Source of the DNA: Thermodesulfobacteriota bacterium
GTDB lineage: Bacteria > Desulfobacterota_D > UBA1144
Direction of reading: 5' to 3'
DNA length: 64,000 nucleotides
Assembly: GCA_036340075.1 (NCBI GenBank)
Contig: JAYYZJ010000012.1
Span: 109,696-173,695 of the forward strand
Shown here piece by piece: positions 9,075 through 18,486 of the stretch. A model generated the notes under the pieces. That model saw only the letters and a program-made list of their open reading frames with translations. It did not search any database and was not told the DNA's origin. The translations under genes and the position numbers were made by a program. Every line of letters begins with the position of its first letter. Position 1 is the stretch's first letter.

Positions 9075-10637
9075 TTATAGAGGTATTAATCCATGCTTTT
9101 TAGGCGGATTATTCTGTCTTTTCCCATCGAGCATTTCAAAAGCATTTATAACCTTTTTTCTCGTATCCTCAGGCAAAATTACATCGTCGATAAAACCTAA
9201 ATTCGCTGCCCTGTAGGGATTAGCAAAAAGACTTTTATACTCTTCGACAAGTCTTTCTTTTTCGGCAACTGGATCATCTGAATTTTGAATTTCTTTTCTA
9301 TTTACAATATTAACTGCTCCATCTGGACCCATAACAGCTATTTCAGCTGTTGGGAAAGCAAGATTGATATCACCTCTTATGTGCTTTGAAGACATAACAT
9401 CATATGCTCCACCATAAGCTTTTCTAGTGATAACGGTTACTCGAGGGACTGTTGCTTCGCAGTACGCATAAAGTAGTTTGGCACCATGTAAGATAATCCC
9501 ATTAAGCTCTTGATCAACACCAGGAAGAAATCCTGGTACGTCTACAAAAGTTAATAAGGGAATATTGAAGCAATCGCAAAATCTAACAAATCTTGCTCCT
9601 TTTATAGAGGATTCAATATCTAGTACTCCTGCAAGCACATTAGGTTGATTTCCTACAATACCAACTGTTTTTCCGTTTAGTCTAGCAAATCCAATAACTA
9701 TATTGCCCGCATAGTTTTCAGCTACTTCAAAGAAATATTCATTATCTACTGTTGCTTTAATAACTTCTTTCATATCATAAGGCTTGTTTGGATTTACAGG
9801 GACAATATCTCTTAATTTGTCGACTTTTCTATCTATTGGATCATCGCATTTAATTTCAGGAGGGTCTTCCATGTTGTTCAATGGAAGAAAGCCTATTAGT
9901 TCTCTCAACAGACTCAAGCAATCTTCATCATTCTCGGCTGCGAACTGTGCTACGCCACTTTTTGTGCTATGAACTAGAGCTCCACCAAGATCTTCGGAAC
10001 TTACTTCCTCATGAGTAACAGTCTTAATAACATCAGGTCCAGTTATAAACATATAGCTAGTATCTTTTACCATAGCAATGAAATCAGTCATGGCAGGAGA
10101 GTATACAGCTCCACCAGCACACGGACCCATAATAGCTGAAAGTTGTGGTACAACTCCAGAGGCTTGAACGTTTCTTAAAAATATTTCTGCATAACCTGCT
10201 AATCCTCTAATACCTTCTTGGATTCTTGCTCCACCAGAATCACAGAGCCCAATTACTGGGCACCCCACCTGAACAGCCATGTCCATAATTCTAGTAATCT
10301 TCCTAGCATGACCAAGTCCAAGCGCACCTCCAAAAACAGTAAAATCTTGGGAGTAAACAAAAACCTGTCTCCCGTCTATTTTTCCGTATCCTGTAACTAC
10401 ACCATCTCCCATAAACTTAGTTTTATCCATACCAAAATTATGGTTTTGGTGTTCTACAAATTTTCCTTGTTCGACAAAGGTGTCATTGTCTAAAAGAGCA
10501 TGAATTCTTTCTCTGGCAGTTAACTTTCCTCGTTCGTGTTGTTTTTTAATTCTGTCAGGGCCCCCACCTTCCTCTGCCTTCTTAACTTTCTCTTCCAGGA
10601 ACTCAATCTTCTGTTCCATAGTTTGATCTTTTTCCAT
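9075..10637 (-). CDS. acyl-CoA carboxylase carboxyltransferase (PccB/methylmalonyl-CoA carboxyltransferase family)
   Basis: 520 aa. LTARERI.., [31 protein letters not shown]. Confidence 0.9.
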   Translation of the reverse strand: MEKDQTMEQKIEFLEEKVKKAEEGGGPDRIKKQHERGKLTARERIHALLDNDTFVEQGKFVEHQNHNFGMDKTKFMGDGVVTGYGKIDGRQVFVYSQDFTVFGGALGLGHARKITRIMDMAVQVGCPVIGLCDSGGARIQEGIRGLAGYAEIFLRNVQASGVVPQLSAIMGPCAGGAVYSPAMTDFIAMVKDTSYMFITGPDVIKTVTHEEVSSEDLGGALVHSTKSGVAQFAAENDEDCLSLLRELIGFLPLNNMEDPPEIKCDDPIDRKVDKLRDIVPVNPNKPYDMKEVIKATVDNEYFFEVAENYAGNIVIGFARLNGKTVGIVGNQPNVLAGVLDIESSIKGARFVRFCDCFNIPLLTFVDVPGFLPGVDQELNGIILHGAKLLYAYCEATVPRVTVITRKAYGGAYDVMSSKHIRGDINLAFPTAEIAVMGPDGAVNIVNRKEIQNSDDPVAEKERLVEEYKSLFANPYRAANLGFIDDVILPEDTRKKVINAFEMLDGKRQNNPPKKHGLIPL

Positions 10638-10721
10638 TCTAGCCTCGCGAAATATTAATCCAAAAAATAAAAAATATATATATAAACGATATAAATTAAA
10701 TAATAACTATAAAAATATAAT

Positions 10722-11336
10722 CTAAAAGGATAAATTATCCAATATCAAATGTAATTGACTCTTTAAGTTGACTATTTTTTTACCATTATTTATAACAAAA
10801 TCAGCGTTTTTTCTATTTTTTTCAACTTCTTTTTGCATATTTATCAAATTAACTGCACTTTTTTTGTCTAATGAGTCTCTCTTCATTATTCTTTCAACCA
10901 AAATTTTTTTTGGAGCATGAATATAGATTATCAGATCCAACAACTTACTCATCGACCCTTTTTTGGATAAGAGCGCTCCTTCAAATACAATTATTTTTTC
11001 TTTTCTGTTCACATTCTTTTGAAGAATTTTTTCAATGCTTTTAATTAATTCGGGATGAATTATTTTATTAAGTTGCATCCTTTTGTTTTTATTAGAAAAA
11101 ACAAGAAGTCTTAATCTTTTTTTGTTGATTGTTAAGTTCTTGTTGAGTATAGATGAACCAAAGGTTTTTTTTACTTTTCTATATGAGGGGGTATTTTTTC
11201 TTAGTAATTTTTTTGCTTCAACATCAAGATCTATTGTCGGAATATTTCTTAATTTGAAAAATCTAATAGATTCGGATTTACCGCTTCCCATTAATCCACA
11301 AATCCCAATTGACAATATATTAAATAGTTTTTTCAT
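10722..11336 (-). CDS. coaE: dephospho-CoA kinase
   Basis: 204 aa. P-loop GLMGSGKSE near the N-terminus, with size and pattern typical of CoaE. Overlaps the gltX stop by 4 nt. Confidence 0.8.
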   Translation of the reverse strand: MKKLFNILSIGICGLMGSGKSESIRFFKLRNIPTIDLDVEAKKLLRKNTPSYRKVKKTFGSSILNKNLTINKKRLRLLVFSNKNKRMQLNKIIHPELIKSIEKILQKNVNRKEKIIVFEGALLSKKGSMSKLLDLIIYIHAPKKILVERIMKRDSLDKKSAVNLINMQKEVEKNRKNADFVINNGKKIVNLKSQLHLILDNLSF

Positions 11337-12697
11337 AATAAAAGCTTTTTAATCCGTTTTAGAGTTAAATCTTTACCAAGAATCTGAATTAACTCATATA
11401 TGCCAGGAGATACTTTGCTTCCTGTTAATGCAATTCTTATTGGCAATCCAATATCTTTAAATTTAATTGAATGCTCTGAAATAATATTCTCAAATAGTGC
11501 TTTGATATTTTCATGCGAAAAATCATTCAACAACTCCATTTTTTTGTATAGGTCGTCGATAATCTTTTCAGATGAAGGTTTATTTAAATCTTTAATTAAT
11601 TTGCTATCGATTTCCAAATGTTCACTTTGACAAAATATTAGAGCTTCTTTTAACTCCAGAAGAGTTTTTGCTTTTTCTTTAGTTGTATTGATTGCCATTT
11701 CTACGTCAATATCTTTATAAAAACTAATATCCATTATCTTTTCTAACTCTTTACTGCTTAATTTTTTTATATGAGACGAATTAACCCAATCTAGTTTGTC
11801 TTTATCAAATATGGCAGGAGACTTATTCAAATTTTCTAAAGAAAATAAATTCATCATTTCATCCATACTAAATAATTCTTGATCTCCATGCGACCATCCC
11901 AACCTAGCCAAATAATTTACTATCGCTATAGGCAAATATCCTAAGTCTTTATATTTTTTAATTGATTCCGCACCATGTCTCTTGCTAAGTTTGCTTTTGT
12001 CTTTACCTAATATCATAGAAACATGAGTAAAAGAAGGAGGATTTCTTTTTATTGCCTTGAACAACAGTACTTGTTTCGCAGTATTAGCAAGATGATCTTC
12101 TCCCCTAATTACATTGGTAATATGCATCTCTGAATCATCAATTACCGATGCAAAATTATAAGTAGGAAATCCATCGCTCTTTATTATTACGAAATCATCT
12201 ATATTCTCGGAGTCGATATTTATTTGACCTCTTAATGTATCAGTAAATGTTATTTTTTCCGAATCTGGAGCTTTGAACCTTATAACATAATCTCCATTTG
12301 AAGGATGATCCTTCCTATCTCTCCATATTCTAGGATATTTGTAGACCCTGTTTTCTTTAGTAGCTTCTTCTTTTAGTATTCTAATTTCTTCATTTGTTGT
12401 AAAACATTTATAAGCTAAATTTTCTTCTATAAGAACATTTGCAAAATTATTATAAATTTCAAGTCTACTAGATTGAATATGAGGTCCTTCATCCCAATCT
12501 ATACCCAGCCATTTTAATGAACTAATTATTTCTTCTAAAGAATCAGCACTTGATCTCTCACGGTCAGTATCTTCAATTCTTAAAATCATTTTTCCTTTAT
12601 TCTTCTTTGCATAAAGATAATTAAATATGGCAGTTCGTACTCCACCTAAATGAAGAGAACCGGTTGGGCTTGGTGCAAATCTTGTTACAACACTCAT
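11333..12697 (-). CDS. gltX: glutamyl-tRNA synthetase
   Basis: 454 aa. RFAPSPTGSLHLGG (HIGH-type) and KLSKR motifs. Confidence 0.95.
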   Translation of the reverse strand: MSVVTRFAPSPTGSLHLGGVRTAIFNYLYAKKNKGKMILRIEDTDRERSSADSLEEIISSLKWLGIDWDEGPHIQSSRLEIYNNFANVLIEENLAYKCFTTNEEIRILKEEATKENRVYKYPRIWRDRKDHPSNGDYVIRFKAPDSEKITFTDTLRGQINIDSENIDDFVIIKSDGFPTYNFASVIDDSEMHITNVIRGEDHLANTAKQVLLFKAIKRNPPSFTHVSMILGKDKSKLSKRHGAESIKKYKDLGYLPIAIVNYLARLGWSHGDQELFSMDEMMNLFSLENLNKSPAIFDKDKLDWVNSSHIKKLSSKELEKIMDISFYKDIDVEMAINTTKEKAKTLLELKEALIFCQSEHLEIDSKLIKDLNKPSSEKIIDDLYKKMELLNDFSHENIKALFENIISEHSIKFKDIGLPIRIALTGSKVSPGIYELIQILGKDLTLKRIKKLLL

Positions 12698-12748
12698 TTT
12701 AAATTAACTTAATTTATTCTATCATAACTATATAATATAAGTTATCTA

Positions 12749-13168
12749 ATGAGTATTTTAGCAATAGATTTCGGTTTAAGTAAAATAGGTATAGCAGGAA
12801 GTGATGAATTAAATATTGCTAGTCATCCTATTAAATCTATAAGGAACAAATCCGACAATAGCCATATTGATGAGATACTAGCTATTATTGATGATCGTAA
12901 ACCGAAACTCATATTAATTGGACTTCCATATAAGGATGATGGTAGGTTAAAAATACAGGATTATATTGAAGATTTTCATGATAATCTGAAGATAAAAACA
13001 AAAACTAAAATAGAGTTTTGGAATGAAAATTTTACCTCCAAAGAAGCAGATGAAATATTAATAAAGAAAATGAATGTTTCAAGAAAGAAAAGAAAAGAAT
13101 ACCAAGATATGTTGTCAGCATGTTTAATTATTGATAGCTATATAAGGAGTCTGCAATCCCATACTTAA
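12749..13168 (+). CDS. ruvX: putative pre-16S rRNA nuclease / Holliday junction resolvase-like YqgF
   Basis: 139 aa. ILAIDFGLSKIGIA N-terminus, with YqgF family size and pattern. Confidence 0.8.
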   Translation: MSILAIDFGLSKIGIAGSDELNIASHPIKSIRNKSDNSHIDEILAIIDDRKPKLILIGLPYKDDGRLKIQDYIEDFHDNLKIKTKTKIEFWNENFTSKEADEILIKKMNVSRKKRKEYQDMLSACLIIDSYIRSLQSHT

Positions 13169-13197
13169 AAACTAATTCCGGAAGGATAAATTATTTA

Positions 13198-13941
13198 ATT
13201 AAAAACAAAAAGAACCGTCCCTACATTTTTTTTATTGGAGGTTTAGGAAGCACAATATCAAGTTGGGAAGATCAAATCAATTTATATGCAAAAGATTTTT
13301 CTTTGGTAGTTTTTGACAATCTCGGAAGTGGAAAAAGTGAAAAAACTAAAATCAACCTATCAATGGAAGCTTTCGCAGACAATTGTAATGAAATAATGAC
13401 AAGATTAAAAATACCATCAGCTCACGTGATTGGTAAATCTATGGGAGGCATGATAGCACAGGTTTTTGCATCAAAGTTCCCGAGAAAAGTAAAAAAATTA
13501 GTTTTAGCGTGCACTTGTGCAACAAGAGATGAGGTAAGTAAAGAGATAATATCAATTTCAAAAAAAATGGCATCACAAGTTGGACTAAAAGAGATTTGGT
13601 TTAACGCTTTATTGCTAGGTTATTCCAGAAATTATATTGAAAGGAATTTTAAATTCTACAAAAATTCTATAATTTCAAATACCGAAGAAGAAGTCCAAGG
13701 TTATTTGAATCAGTGTAAAGCTATAGAAGGCTTGAACAATATTCATTATCTTAAAAAGATAAAGGCGAAAACTCTTATTATATATGGAAAAAATGACTTA
13801 ATAGTACCGCCAAATAAATCGCTGGAGATGACTAAATATATCAAAAAATCGGAAGTAATCGGTTTTCCTGGTGGACATGGGTTTTGGAAGGAATATAAGT
13901 CTATTGTTAACAAAGAAGTTTTGGATTTTTTAATTAATTAG
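13198..13941 (+). CDS. alpha/beta hydrolase fold protein (start uncertain, proposed ATT)
   Basis: Nucleophile elbow GKSMGG. The track ORF starts at TTG 13303, but the in-frame upstream sequence (open from 13138) encodes the expected first strand RPYIFFIGGLGSTISSW. No ATG/GTG/TTG is available there. GGAAGGA at 13180..13186 precedes the in-frame ATT at 13198. Confidence 0.6.
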   Translation: MKNKKNRPYIFFIGGLGSTISSWEDQINLYAKDFSLVVFDNLGSGKSEKTKINLSMEAFADNCNEIMTRLKIPSAHVIGKSMGGMIAQVFASKFPRKVKKLVLACTCATRDEVSKEIISISKKMASQVGLKEIWFNALLLGYSRNYIERNFKFYKNSIISNTEEEVQGYLNQCKAIEGLNNIHYLKKIKAKTLIIYGKNDLIVPPNKSLEMTKYIKKSEVIGFPGGHGFWKEYKSIVNKEVLDFLIN

Positions 13942-13967
13942 ATTAAATTTATTACTAAAGTCCTAAA

Positions 13968-14957
13968 ATGCTTGATGAAATATATATCCAATCATTATTA
14001 AAAAAAAGATTCAATTCTAGATCAAATAGTTTTTTGAATGGTATAGGAGATGATGCCGCTGTATGCAATTTACCAAGTGGTAAAATAGTTGTTTCTTGTG
14101 ACTCACAAGTTGAAAATGTTCATTTCATTAAAAACAAATTTAAACCAGAAGAGATTTCTTTAAGAGCACTAGCAATTGCAGCTAGTGATATTTCTGCAAT
14201 GGGTGGAAATCCAAAATTTTTTACAAACTCACTTTTTATTCCTAAAGGTACATCAAAAGAATTTATTAATAAAATTTTTACTGGGTTTAAAAAGGCATCA
14301 AAGAAATTCAATATTTTATTAATTGGTGGCAATGTATCTCGGTCTAATTCTTTCAAAATAGATATAACTGTTATAGGCGAATTGAATTCGAAAAAAAAGT
14401 ACAAAGAAAGAGAGAAATGTAAAAAAGGTGATTATTTATATGTATCTGGAAATATAGGTGACGCAGCGCTTGGCTTAAAGATTCTTAAAGAAAAGCCATA
14501 TTATCGATTTACAAATACACAGAAAAAATTGGTCAAGAAATATAAACAACCAAATCCACGAATAGAGCTAGGACTTTTTTTAGGTAAGTTAGACTATATT
14601 ACATCAATGATTGACATAACTGATGGTTTATCGATAGACTTAAAACGACTTATTGGTTCAAGAAATAAAAAAAAACTTGGCGCTGTTCTTTTTTGGGATG
14701 ATATACCAAAAGCTAAAGAAATAGAGAGACTAAAAAAAAGAAATGATTCTCTTGATTATGTCTTACATGGTGGAGATGATTATGAATTAATGTTTACAGT
14801 AGATAAAAGATTTTCACTTAAATTCGAAAGATTAGCTAAAGAAAAAAATTTTAAAGTTTCTAGGATTGGGGAAATTAATACAAGCAACAAGATAATTTTA
14901 AATATAGGAGGACAAAATAAAGTTTTAAAACCAAAAGGTTTTATACATAAATTTTAA
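13968..14957 (+). CDS. thiL: thiamine-monophosphate kinase
   Basis: 329 aa. GIGDDAAV...DSQVENVHF, the AIR-synthase-like fold pattern, and HGGDDYELMFT. Confidence 0.85.
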   Translation: MLDEIYIQSLLKKRFNSRSNSFLNGIGDDAAVCNLPSGKIVVSCDSQVENVHFIKNKFKPEEISLRALAIAASDISAMGGNPKFFTNSLFIPKGTSKEFINKIFTGFKKASKKFNILLIGGNVSRSNSFKIDITVIGELNSKKKYKEREKCKKGDYLYVSGNIGDAALGLKILKEKPYYRFTNTQKKLVKKYKQPNPRIELGLFLGKLDYITSMIDITDGLSIDLKRLIGSRNKKKLGAVLFWDDIPKAKEIERLKKRNDSLDYVLHGGDDYELMFTVDKRFSLKFERLAKEKNFKVSRIGEINTSNKIILNIGGQNKVLKPKGFIHKF

Positions 14958-16271
14958 ATGAGCGAATATTATTTTTTTTTGATTTTAATGTTTGGTCTAA
15001 TATTATTATCAGGTTTTTTTTCAATTACTGAAAGTTCTATATTTTCACTCCAACGATATCAGGTAGATTTGATAAAAAAGAAATCTTCTGTAGGTAAAAT
15101 CTTGGAGGAATTTCTTAACAGCCCGGCACCTATTATTGCAACAATTTTGCTTGCGGATGAAATTCTTAATGTAACTATCACGAGTCTTATAACATCAAAA
15201 TTAAACCAATTATTTGTAAACAAAATATCAGAAGAATTAATATCTATTGTCACTATTTTTATAGCTTCAATAATAATCCTTATTTTTTGTGAAATAATAC
15301 CAAAAACTATAGGGGTTAAATTTTCTAGGAAGATCTCAACTATTGTTGCTCCTCCAATTTACTTTCTCAACAAACTACTTTTTCCATTAACATGGTTTTT
15401 TGATGGATTATCTAGGTTCTTAATAAAATTGGTAGCTTCAAATGAGAGTACGAATCTTCAAAAACAGAATCAATCAATAAAGAACATTCCTAGCCTTATT
15501 GATATAGGAGAAGATGAAGGGCTAGTAAAGAAAAGTGAAAGTAGAATAATAGACAACATTTTAAAATTGGAGACTATTAACCTAGTAAAAATATTGATTC
15601 CCGAACCGGATTTATTTTTACTTCCAAGTACTACAACAAGAGAAGAAGCCTTAAAAAAGATTAAAGATAAAGGGTTTTCCAGAATACCAATATATGAAGG
15701 AGATTCAGACAATATAATAGGAATACTTTATTCAAAAGATCTTCTTAACCATGATTCTTCGGAAATTTTTTCTATCCTTAGAGAACCTTATTTTGTCTTA
15801 GACAAGAAGAATGTATTTGAGTTACTAAGAGAATTACAAAGAATGAAACTACATATGGCTATAGTCATAGATGAATATGGACGGCTAGAAGGGATAGTTA
15901 CACTTGAAGATATAATTGAGGAGATTTTTGGAGAAATAGAAGACGAAAAGGATATTGAAGAGAATAAGACAAGTTTTCTTAACAAAGTTTTGTACTTTGA
16001 TGGCGGAACTAGAATTGCTGAATTCAACGATGCTTTCTTATACGGAGTCCTTAGATTTGGGGGCATTAGTAATATATCAAGTGAAATAACTAAATCATAT
16101 ATATCTGACGATTTAGGGGTTGAAACAATGGGGGGGTATGTCTTTACTCAACTTGGAAGATTGCCAAAAAAAGGAGAATTTATTTTAAAAGGAAACATTA
16201 AGCTTACGGTTCAAGAAGTTAAAGAAAACCGAATTACACTCATTTCAGCGGAGAGATTTGCTAATGATTAA
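14958..16271 (+). CDS. CNNM/CorC-HlyC family membrane protein (DUF21 + CBS pair + CorC_HlyC domain)
   Basis: 437 aa. N-terminal multi-TM DUF21, CBS pair, EDIIEEIFGEIEDE, then a C-terminal transporter-associated domain. Confidence 0.85.
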   Translation: MSEYYFFLILMFGLILLSGFFSITESSIFSLQRYQVDLIKKKSSVGKILEEFLNSPAPIIATILLADEILNVTITSLITSKLNQLFVNKISEELISIVTIFIASIIILIFCEIIPKTIGVKFSRKISTIVAPPIYFLNKLLFPLTWFFDGLSRFLIKLVASNESTNLQKQNQSIKNIPSLIDIGEDEGLVKKSESRIIDNILKLETINLVKILIPEPDLFLLPSTTTREEALKKIKDKGFSRIPIYEGDSDNIIGILYSKDLLNHDSSEIFSILREPYFVLDKKNVFELLRELQRMKLHMAIVIDEYGRLEGIVTLEDIIEEIFGEIEDEKDIEENKTSFLNKVLYFDGGTRIAEFNDAFLYGVLRFGGISNISSEITKSYISDDLGVETMGGYVFTQLGRLPKKGEFILKGNIKLTVQEVKENRITLISAERFAND

Positions 16272-17241
16272 TTTAATTACTTTGCCAATAATTACTTTAG
16301 TCCTTTTATTCCTCCAAGCTATATTCGCAGGTTCTGAAATCTCACTTCTATCTTGCGATAAGGGAATAATAAGATCGAAAGCTGATCAAGGACTACCTTC
16401 AGCCCGATTAGTTATGAATTCTATAGATAAGATAGAAGAATATGTAGCAACGAGTCTGGTAGGAGAGAATCTATGTATTGTTATCAATACAGTCTTAGTT
16501 TCTTCTTTTATTGAAAAATCATACCCTCAATTCGATCCACATCTTTTGTCGGTTATTATCTTAACACCTTTAATAGTAATCTTTGGACAGGTTGTCCCTA
16601 AATCAATTTTCCAGAATCAGAGCAATGTCCTTGTTTTGAAGACGATATATTTTTCATTAATTTTTAGTTATTTGTTTAAACCTTTATTGTTTATAGTTAA
16701 ATTTCTTACAGATATGATTGTAAAAATAATTGGAACTAGGAGCAAGCTAATCACCAGAGAAGAATTAATACATGTGCTAGAAACAGGATCTAAGCAGGAG
16801 ACTTCTTCTAAACAATTTAGAGACAAAATACTAAATAAAATCTTTTTGTTTGATAAAATTACTGTTGCCGAGATTATGATTCCTATGAAGAAAGTTAAAT
16901 TTATAGAGCCATCTAAAAAAATAATAGATGCAAAAGAGATAATTAAAAGCACAGGATACTCAAGATTGCCAGTTTATGATTCAATTAATAATTCAATTAA
17001 AGGAGTATTGCATGCTTTTTATTTGTTGGACGAAAAAGAAAACAATCCTATATATGATTATATTGACAAGTGTTTTTTTGTAGATAAAGACTATCTAGTA
17101 TCTAAATTATTAGATGATTTGAAAGGAGCAAAGCTAAGCATGGCTATTGTTGGAGGGCCAGATAACCCTATGGGAATAGTAACAATAGAAGATATATTGG
17201 AGGAAGTGTTAGGAGAAATTGAGGATGAGCATGATTCATAG
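16258..17241 (+). CDS. CNNM-like membrane protein (DUF21 + CBS pair, no C-terminal CorC_HlyC domain)
   Basis: 327 aa paralogue of the preceding gene. It ends right after EDILEEVLGEIEDEHDS and overlaps the upstream gene by 14 nt. Confidence 0.8.
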   Translation: MLMINLITLPIITLVLLFLQAIFAGSEISLLSCDKGIIRSKADQGLPSARLVMNSIDKIEEYVATSLVGENLCIVINTVLVSSFIEKSYPQFDPHLLSVIILTPLIVIFGQVVPKSIFQNQSNVLVLKTIYFSLIFSYLFKPLLFIVKFLTDMIVKIIGTRSKLITREELIHVLETGSKQETSSKQFRDKILNKIFLFDKITVAEIMIPMKKVKFIEPSKKIIDAKEIIKSTGYSRLPVYDSINNSIKGVLHAFYLLDEKENNPIYDYIDKCFFVDKDYLVSKLLDDLKGAKLSMAIVGGPDNPMGIVTIEDILEEVLGEIEDEHDS

Positions 17242-17282
17242 GTCTAATTGAATATTAATATTTTTTCGTTTAACATCAGAAT

Positions 17283-17870
17283 ATGAGCAGAAGTGCAAAA
17301 ATAGAAAGAAAGACGAGTGAAGTAGACGTAGTAGTAAATCTTGATATAGACGGTACCGGCAAATATGATATTGATACCGGAGTACCTTTTTTTGACCATA
17401 TGTTGGAACAGTTGTCTAAGCACGGATATTTTGATTTAAATATACGAGCAAAAGGTGATACAGAAATTGATTTTCACCATACAGTTGAAGATGTAGGGAT
17501 TGCTATAGGTCAAGCTTTTGATAAAGCACTTGGAGATAGAAAATCGATAACTCGATATGGATCTAGCACCGTACCTTTTGATGAGACACTCTCTAATTCC
17601 CATATTGATTTAAGCGGAAGACCTTATTTTGTCTTTGATGTTAAGCTGGATAATTCAAAAGTAGGAGATTTTGATGTTGAATTAGCAAAAGAATTTTTTC
17701 AATCTCTAACGAATAACCTTAAAGCTAATATACATATCGAATTAAAATACGGAAGCAACAATCATCATATTATCGAATCAATCTTTAAATCGGTAGGCAA
17801 ATCACTTGATGTGGCAACCAGCTTAGATTTGAGATCAAATTCAGTACCTTCAACAAAAGGCAATCTTTAA
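17283..17870 (+). CDS. hisB: imidazoleglycerol-phosphate dehydratase
   Basis: 195 aa. RKTSEVDV.., FFDHMLEQL.KHG, HHTVEDVGIA, HHIIES. Confidence 0.95.
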   Translation: MSRSAKIERKTSEVDVVVNLDIDGTGKYDIDTGVPFFDHMLEQLSKHGYFDLNIRAKGDTEIDFHHTVEDVGIAIGQAFDKALGDRKSITRYGSSTVPFDETLSNSHIDLSGRPYFVFDVKLDNSKVGDFDVELAKEFFQSLTNNLKANIHIELKYGSNNHHIIESIFKSVGKSLDVATSLDLRSNSVPSTKGNL

Positions 17871-18481
17871 TGATAGCAATAATAGACTACGGATTTGGCA
17901 ATCTGCAATCTGTAAAAAAGGCTTTATCCTTACTTAATTATGAATCGGTAATTACAAGTTCTCCCGAAGTAATTAATTCCGCAAACTCAATTATTTTTCC
18001 AGGCGTTGGAGCATTTGGAGACTGTATTGCAAACTTGCATGAGAAGAATTTGTTTGAAACGCTGAAAAATTGTATTAAGGGAGGAAAGCCCTTTTTGGGT
18101 ATATGCTTAGGATTGCAAATTCTTTTTGAGGGAAGCGATGAGAGTCCTCAAGCTGAAGGGTTATCTATTTTTAAGGGGAATATAGATAGAATTAATTTTA
18201 ATCAAAACAAATTAAAGGTTCCTCATATGGGCTGGAATCAAATTGAAATTACTAAGAATTCTAATATTTTTCAAGGAGTTGAAAATTTATCTTGGCTATA
18301 TTTTGTTCACTCTTATAAATTAAATATAGGCATTGATATTGCTGATTCTGTTTCTAACTATGGAGACAAGTTTGTTTCCTCGATTAGTTTTGAAAATATA
18401 TACGCAACTCAGTTTCATCCAGAGAAAAGTAGCACGGTAGGATTACAAATTTTAGATAATTTTTCTAAAATTAGCTCATAA
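17870..18481 (+). CDS. hisH: imidazole glycerol phosphate synthase, glutamine amidotransferase subunit
   Basis: 203 aa. IAIIDYGFGNL, GICLGLQ (catalytic Cys), QFHPEKS. Confidence 0.95.
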   Translation: MIAIIDYGFGNLQSVKKALSLLNYESVITSSPEVINSANSIIFPGVGAFGDCIANLHEKNLFETLKNCIKGGKPFLGICLGLQILFEGSDESPQAEGLSIFKGNIDRINFNQNKLKVPHMGWNQIEITKNSNIFQGVENLSWLYFVHSYKLNIGIDIADSVSNYGDKFVSSISFENIYATQFHPEKSSTVGLQILDNFSKISS

Positions 18482-18486
18482 AAAGA

